Source: Nitrosopumilus sp. | GTDB taxonomy: Archaea; Thermoproteota; Nitrososphaeria; Nitrososphaerales; Nitrosopumilaceae | Length of the DNA: 64,000 nucleotides | Assembly: GCA_965218785.1 (NCBI GenBank) | Contig: OZ244650.1 | Span: 1,504,001-1,568,000, forward strand | Direction of reading: 5' to 3' | In this document: piece after piece, positions 60,525-64,000 of the stretch | How the letters are laid out: each line of letters starts with the position of its first letter | Position numbering within the stretch: the first letter of the stretch is position 1 | Notes under the pieces: generated by a model | Told to the model about the DNA's origin: nothing | Databases searched by the model: none | Seen by the model: only the letters and a program-made list of their open reading frames with translations | Position numbers and translations under genes: made by a program

Positions 60525-61481
60525 TCAGTTGATTTGAAGCATCCTGTTAATTGCAAGCCGGGCCTTGTCGGCAATTTCTGCAGGAACGGTAATGACGTTT
60601 TTTTCATTTACAAGGGCATCGTATACTTTTTCAAGTGTAATCATCTTCATGTATTGGCATTCAGCCTTTTCTGATGCGGGAATGAATTTTTTGCCGGGAT
60701 TTTGTTGTCGCATCTTATATAAGATTCCGGTTTCAGTAGCAACGACAAAATTCTTCGAGTCGGACTCATTAACATGTTTTAGCATGCCCTCTGTGGAAAG
60801 TATCGATACTTTTTTATCATCAAAGCTTCCATCTGCAACGTCATACATCATCGGAGTGGTACAACCACATTCAGGATGAATGACAAGCTCGGCATCTTTC
60901 ATAGAATCCAATTTCTTCAGGACATCATCAGGGGTAATTCCTGCATGGACGTGACATTCGCCTGCCCAGATACGCATGTTTTTTCTTCCAGTCATTTTTG
61001 CAACATAAGAGCCAAGGAACATATCAGGTAGGAATAAAATTTCCTTCTCTTCAGGTATCGCCTTTACAACATTGACTGCGTTTGAGGACGTGCAGCAATA
61101 GTCAAGTTCTGCCTTGATTTCAGCAGTGGTATTAACATAGCCTACCGTAATGGCGCCGGGATGCTGTTTTTTCCAGTTGCGTAATTCATCTACGGTGATC
61201 GAATCAGACAACGAACATCCGGCTTCTAAATCAGGGAGTAATACTTTTTTTTGGGGGCTGATAATTGCAGCCGTTTCTGCCATAAAATTTACGCCACAAA
61301 ACAAAATCGTCTTTTGATCAACCTTGGCTGCCTGTCTTGAGAGTCCCAGAGAATCCCCGGTAAAATCAGCCACATCTTGTACGTCGGGAATTTGGTAGTT
61401 GTGTGCCAAAATCACCACGTCCTTTTCCTTCTTGAGTCTTTGAATCTCATCTTTTAGTTTTGAGGTTTGTTGTACCAGCAT
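60525..61481 (-). CDS. nadA: quinolinate synthase
   Basis: LAHNYQ, GDSLGL, CGVNFMAE, AGCS, YVNT, HPEC, TETG. Confidence 0.97.
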   Translation of the reverse strand: MLVQQTSKLKDEIQRLKKEKDVVILAHNYQIPDVQDVADFTGDSLGLSRQAAKVDQKTILFCGVNFMAETAAIISPQKKVLLPDLEAGCSLSDSITVDELRNWKKQHPGAITVGYVNTTAEIKAELDYCCTSSNAVNVVKAIPEEKEILFLPDMFLGSYVAKMTGRKNMRIWAGECHVHAGITPDDVLKKLDSMKDAELVIHPECGCTTPMMYDVADGSFDDKKVSILSTEGMLKHVNESDSKNFVVATETGILYKMRQQNPGKKFIPASEKAECQYMKMITLEKVYDALVNEKNVITVPAEIADKARLAINRMLQIN

Positions 61482-61573
61482 GACTGTAGAAATTTGGATT
61501 TGTAGGGATTTAAAGAATGGGAAATGGTCTATAATTTTCTAAAAAACTGTCAAATGTGGCAATTATTGCCACA

Positions 61574-62392
61574 TTAGGTGCCAATCTGAATACCGTCTGA
61601 GCAGTACTTTTTCAGAGTCTCAATGGCAGACAGGACTGCCAGCCTGCTTGTTTTTGGGTTGTTGGGATCGGGAAAATTCTCAATCGTGAAGACCATCTTG
61701 CCAAATTTTCCTGCAGCTTCAATATGATGGGTGTTTTTGTCCGTGTCCGGATCGGCGATAATTTTTACAGCTGTTTTTTCACTGCCTATTCCAGATAATG
61801 ATAAAAGTGCCGCAACGTTGATGTTGGCAGGAAATAAAGTAACTGCCTCTTTAGCATTACCTTCAAAGATTATTGTGGAGGAGGTAATTGAATCCAAATC
61901 AATTTCAGAATCTGCAAAAAACTTTGCACCCTTTAAAGAATCAGGATGTTTTGTAGTAGTAATTGAAATGGATTCTAATTCATCTTTTACGGATTTTAAA
62001 CCATCCAATCCGGCAATTGCGCCGGATGGAAGAAATATTGTTTTTTTAAAATCAGTACACGCCTCTGATAAAATGTCATAGACGGATTCATCAAGTAATG
62101 CGCCAACGCTCATAATCATCAAATCGCGCTTGTTTTGTAGGACACTTAACGCAATATCTTTTACCGCATCCTGAGAGGCAGCCTCTACTACAATATTTAC
62201 CGGATGTGAAGACAGAAGATGGGAGTTTTCGACAATTTCTGGCTTGTTGGTTAGTTTTTCAACTAGAGTCAGGGAAGCATCTTTGGAACCATCATACACG
62301 TGGGTAAGGACTGCGGGAATTTTCCCAGAATCAATCGCAAGAGCTATTTGAGTTCCAATAGCCCCACAACCCAACAAACCAATTTTTTTCAA
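61574..62392 (-). CDS. nadX: L-aspartate dehydrogenase
   Basis: GCGAIG, EAAS, SGAIAGLD, FPANINVAA, NPKTSRLA; next to nadA. Confidence 0.95.
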   Translation of the reverse strand: MKKIGLLGCGAIGTQIALAIDSGKIPAVLTHVYDGSKDASLTLVEKLTNKPEIVENSHLLSSHPVNIVVEAASQDAVKDIALSVLQNKRDLMIMSVGALLDESVYDILSEACTDFKKTIFLPSGAIAGLDGLKSVKDELESISITTTKHPDSLKGAKFFADSEIDLDSITSSTIIFEGNAKEAVTLFPANINVAALLSLSGIGSEKTAVKIIADPDTDKNTHHIEAAGKFGKMVFTIENFPDPNNPKTSRLAVLSAIETLKKYCSDGIQIGT

Positions 62393-62853
62393 TTATTGGA
62401 GATGAGAATTATCTCTTAATTAATTCGTTTACAAAAATGAAAATGCTCAAAGGATTACAGAGTTTGTACTAACCTGTTTAAAATAAAAAACAGTTCAGGG
62501 CATGGTTGATTTTTAATGATAAAATTCTCATGAATGGTATTTGTTTTAGGATTAATAGCCATGCAAGTCAGAAAAAGACAGCAGGTTTGATTCCTCAAAT
62601 AATTCTCATGTATTCAAATTGCATTGTGAGAGAGAAAATCATCAATGATCCAAAAAAGACATGGTAGACCCAAAATATCCTACAGTGGGGTTGGGATATT
62701 GAGCCTAAATAGTATCTAAAATAGGCATACCATACTATTTTTTGATACTACCACAGTTGAACTGATCTAAAAAACGGGTTGAAATTATGATAACTAATAG
62801 TCAGATTATTACTCTAGGAAAATATCATACCATATGGAGAAAAGAAGAAACGC

Positions 62854-63951
62854 ATGATTGAAGATCCAGTAAAAAGTATGATTACAGAATTGGGCACCCA
62901 TTTATCACAAAAAAAGCATTCAGACATTGTATTAAATAATGGGAATGGAAAGCAGTTTCTCATTGCACCCTCAGAGTTTTCTGAAATAAGGCCGGCAGGT
63001 AATCCCCGCAAGATTGCATTTGTTGATGGCGGGGACGGATTGCTAGAGGAATCGCCAAATTTCCTAATCACCATCAACCGGGTGTATTTTTCACTGTTCC
63101 AGGGCAAAAAGAGAATAAAACCCAAAACCAATCCACGGGTACAATTTTTCTCCAATGTGACTTCAAATATTCAAACCGTTGACGGTAAGAAAACTGTCAG
63201 TTATGATACAAAATTATTCCCCCACACTACAGAAGATAAAAAATTCCTGCCTGCAGAATCTGATTTGGCATCAAGTACTGAGAGCACTACCGTACTACAG
63301 GGGGCACGGCTGAATTCCTTAGGTCGTAGATTTGCCGAATGGCAGTTGGCAATCCATGTGGTGGAATCAGAATTAGAAAAAGGAGACATGATCGTAATGG
63401 ATGGTTCTCTGCAAACCAATTTTAAAAATGAATTAAAATATGCAAACAGGTTATATGATTTGGCAAAAAGTAAGGGGGTAATTGTTTGTGGTTTGGCAAA
63501 GACTAGCAGATTAATCACAGAGTCAGGTCATCCATTACTTGCAAGAGTTGCAGAGATTTCCGAGGATGTCTCTTTTGGAAAATGGTATGTGAAAATTGCC
63601 GAAAAAGTATCTTCAGGTGACAGGGGATTCATGCTGGTAGTAAAATTTCACCCACAATCAAAATTTGTATTTAGATTTGAAATTCTGCGAGAACAGTTCT
63701 TGGAGATGGATGAGGAAGCTTTGAACTCGGTTCTTGACAGTTTGGCTGAAAATTCACAGGATGTAGCCATGATTGGATATCCATATGGTGCAATTGATGC
63801 AGACAGATTTGCCCAGGTTAGGCGTGATGAGTTGGGAATGTATCAGGGATTCATGCTGTCTGAGAAACTTCGGCATCCTGAATGGAGGAGACTGCAAAAG
63901 TATAGTGCGAGTTTGGAGGCACATAATGATCTTAATGGAGTGACCAGTTAA
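62854..63951 (+). CDS. nurA: DNA double-strand break repair nuclease NurA
   Basis: AFVDGG, RRFAE, VMDGSL, GLAKTS, GYPYG. Confidence 0.9.
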   Translation: MIEDPVKSMITELGTHLSQKKHSDIVLNNGNGKQFLIAPSEFSEIRPAGNPRKIAFVDGGDGLLEESPNFLITINRVYFSLFQGKKRIKPKTNPRVQFFSNVTSNIQTVDGKKTVSYDTKLFPHTTEDKKFLPAESDLASSTESTTVLQGARLNSLGRRFAEWQLAIHVVESELEKGDMIVMDGSLQTNFKNELKYANRLYDLAKSKGVIVCGLAKTSRLITESGHPLLARVAEISEDVSFGKWYVKIAEKVSSGDRGFMLVVKFHPQSKFVFRFEILREQFLEMDEEALNSVLDSLAENSQDVAMIGYPYGAIDADRFAQVRRDELGMYQGFMLSEKLRHPEWRRLQKYSASLEAHNDLNGVTS

Positions 63952-64000
63952 TGGATGAGTTATCTGTTGTAGGTCAAGTAGTTGGCGGAAGCTTTGGCGA
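63951..64000 (+). CDS. 5' end of a probable HerA helicase (truncated by window edge)
   Basis: TAATG overlap with nurA stop; MDELSVVGQVVGGSFG resembles a HAS-barrel start. Confidence 0.6.
   Translation, partial: MDELSVVGQVVGGSFG

Noticed and set aside
888-63518. Numerous short ORFs antisense to or overlapping core genes in the ORF track
   Set aside because: These are shadow ORFs of well-supported genes with no recognisable motifs.

Overview
This is a 64 kb chromosomal segment of a Nitrosopumilus-like ammonia-oxidising archaeon (Nitrososphaerota/Thaumarchaeota), inferred from gene content and protein families. Most of it is core backbone: purN, folD, purD, ileS, DPS-like, sucCD, rpl40e, ppa, pepF, pdaD, DEAD-box helicase, truD, pth2, geranylgeranyl reductase, EF-1beta, cdc48, cyoE, cupredoxin, hppA, mrp, rpo7/spt4, nadC/nadA/nadX and nurA-herA. 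An eroding accessory region runs from about 13.1 to 25.1 kb. It begins at an intron-containing tRNA-Val(CAC) with a 3.4 kb integrated element bounded by a 20-bp att repeat; the element carries a dead integrase, GGCTC-core tandem arrays and a RelE-type toxin-antitoxin pair. IS remnants, a C39-peptidase/double-wHTH gene pair and several secreted proteins follow. The best novelty candidate is a decayed secreted matrixin (MMP-like) gene coupled to a TIMP/NTR-like OB-fold gene (24132-24972), with a second NTR-like paralogue in the integrated element. Other oddities are an Rpo7-Spt4 fusion caused by a repeat frameshift, a 34-bp identity between the two Cdc48 Walker A regions, and two candidate small RNAs. 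All family calls come from motif recognition by eye; no searches were run.
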